In this document: piece after piece, positions 62,953-64,000 of the stretch
How positions within the stretch are numbered: position 1 is the first letter of the stretch
Layout: each line of letters opens with the position of its first letter
NCBI RefSeq assembly: GCF_006345805.1
Contig: NC_042998.1
Coordinates: 35,216,001-35,280,000, forward strand
Direction: 5' to 3'
DNA: 64,000 nt
From: Octopus sinensis
Taxonomy: Eukaryota
The notes under the pieces: model-generated
Databases searched by the model: none
What the model saw: only the letters and a program-made list of their open reading frames with translations
Told to the model about the DNA's origin: nothing
Made by a program: the position numbers and the translations under genes

Positions 62953-64000
62953 GGTATAGCGTTTGTCAGTTGGATTGTTGGTTTTGCTAGTAACGCACGT
63001 GTTTTTTGTTTTGTTTTGTTTTGTTTTTTGCTGTCTTGGCGGTGCGACGTTTTCCCTCTTGTTTAATGGAGGGGCGTCGGGTGAGGAGTTGTGAAGGCTT
63101 GAATTGTTCTTCTTTAAACTTTGTAAACTATCCTTCTTCAGACTTTGTGTCGTCTGAGGAGGAAATGGTGGAAATGGTACTTGAAGAGGATTAATGAAGC
63201 AATCTAGACGAAGAATTATGCAGAGGTGACGAAATAAAGAAGCAAAGACGTTAGTCTGGAGGACGTGAGCAAGTTCAAGGGAATGATTGAAAGGGAGGGG
63301 AACGAAGTGAAGGGGTTCCGCTTACCCCCAAAGAAGTTTTAAAAGAAAAAAGTGAGAAGACAATAAGTTACAGAACGTACTCGGTGGCCACCAGGAAGAT
63401 TGAGATCATGTCAACGGCTCAGGTAGAAAAGGCACTTAGGCCAATCTGGCAGGGAATCACCTACCTCCCCAAAGGTAGAAAATTTGGAACAGTGGAGGTG
63501 CGGTTTCGGGAGGTAGCTACTGCCAGGCTGCACTCAGCAACACCGCTGAGAACTAATGCAGTGGTTCATCTACCCCAGAAGTGGATATGGCCTCGCTGGT
63601 AGCTGCCATACTGTTAAGCATGGAGGAGAAGGTAGTGGTCCTTCAGGCCACCAGAATATCCCACAGGAACTGGTAAAGACAAAACCTCGATATGGTGGTA
63701 CAGGTTGCCGTGGAAGTTATCGAAAATATGGTAGAGACAATCACGGTCGGAGACGCAACACTGAAAGGTAGAGTGGAATGGAAGTTTCCGTGATGCTATA
63801 AATGTGGCTTAAAAGGCCACATTAGAGCGGATTGGCCTCCATCACATGTGAAGGCTAAGGAGAGACAAGAGAATGAGAAAGTGGCTGGTGCTCTACTACC
63901 CGTGGAGGTTGAGGAAAAGGAGAGTGGAGTGGCGCTACAGATAAAAACCAGTACCAGTGTTGAAGAAGAGGAGATGGACAATGAATGGGATACAGCTGGG
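62953..64000 (+). mobile_element. 5' end/ORF1 of an L1/Tx1-like LINE, decayed, running off the window
   Basis: Purine-rich coding-like sequence; ITYLPKGRKFGTVEVRF; degenerate zinc knuckle CYKCGLKGHIRADW at 63794-63835. Confidence 0.6.

Overview
AT-rich, microsatellite-dense eukaryotic intergenic or intronic DNA. I found no credible host exon; almost all ORFs in the track are microsatellite or low-complexity artefacts. The repeat content resembles what I recall of Octopus genomes (inference, not a search result). The window holds four tRNA-derived SINE families (my labels A-D) in many copies, Tc1/mariner remnants, non-autonomous Helitrons, a MITE with internal TTAGGG repeats, and R4-like, RTE and L1/Tx1 LINE fragments. 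The largest element is a young Penelope-like retroelement (RT + GIY-YIG) at ~49.2-55.0 kb, with a 2.4-kb inverted duplicate. The main hidden signal is hammerhead ribozymes (HHRs) in at least six unrelated sequence contexts. (1) A U3-A8 core variant lies in the Penelope 3' UTR. (2) One HHR sits inside a tRNA-headed SINE-like element. (3, 4) Two fold-back elements each carry twin HHRs. (5) A dispersed 200-bp element carries one HHR per copy. (6) A ~556-bp tandem repeat with an internal inversion has one HHR-like motif per unit, resembling a retrozyme. Most of these abut (TA)n tracts. Coordinates were counted by hand (expect a few nt error) and folds were paired by eye; no computation was run.
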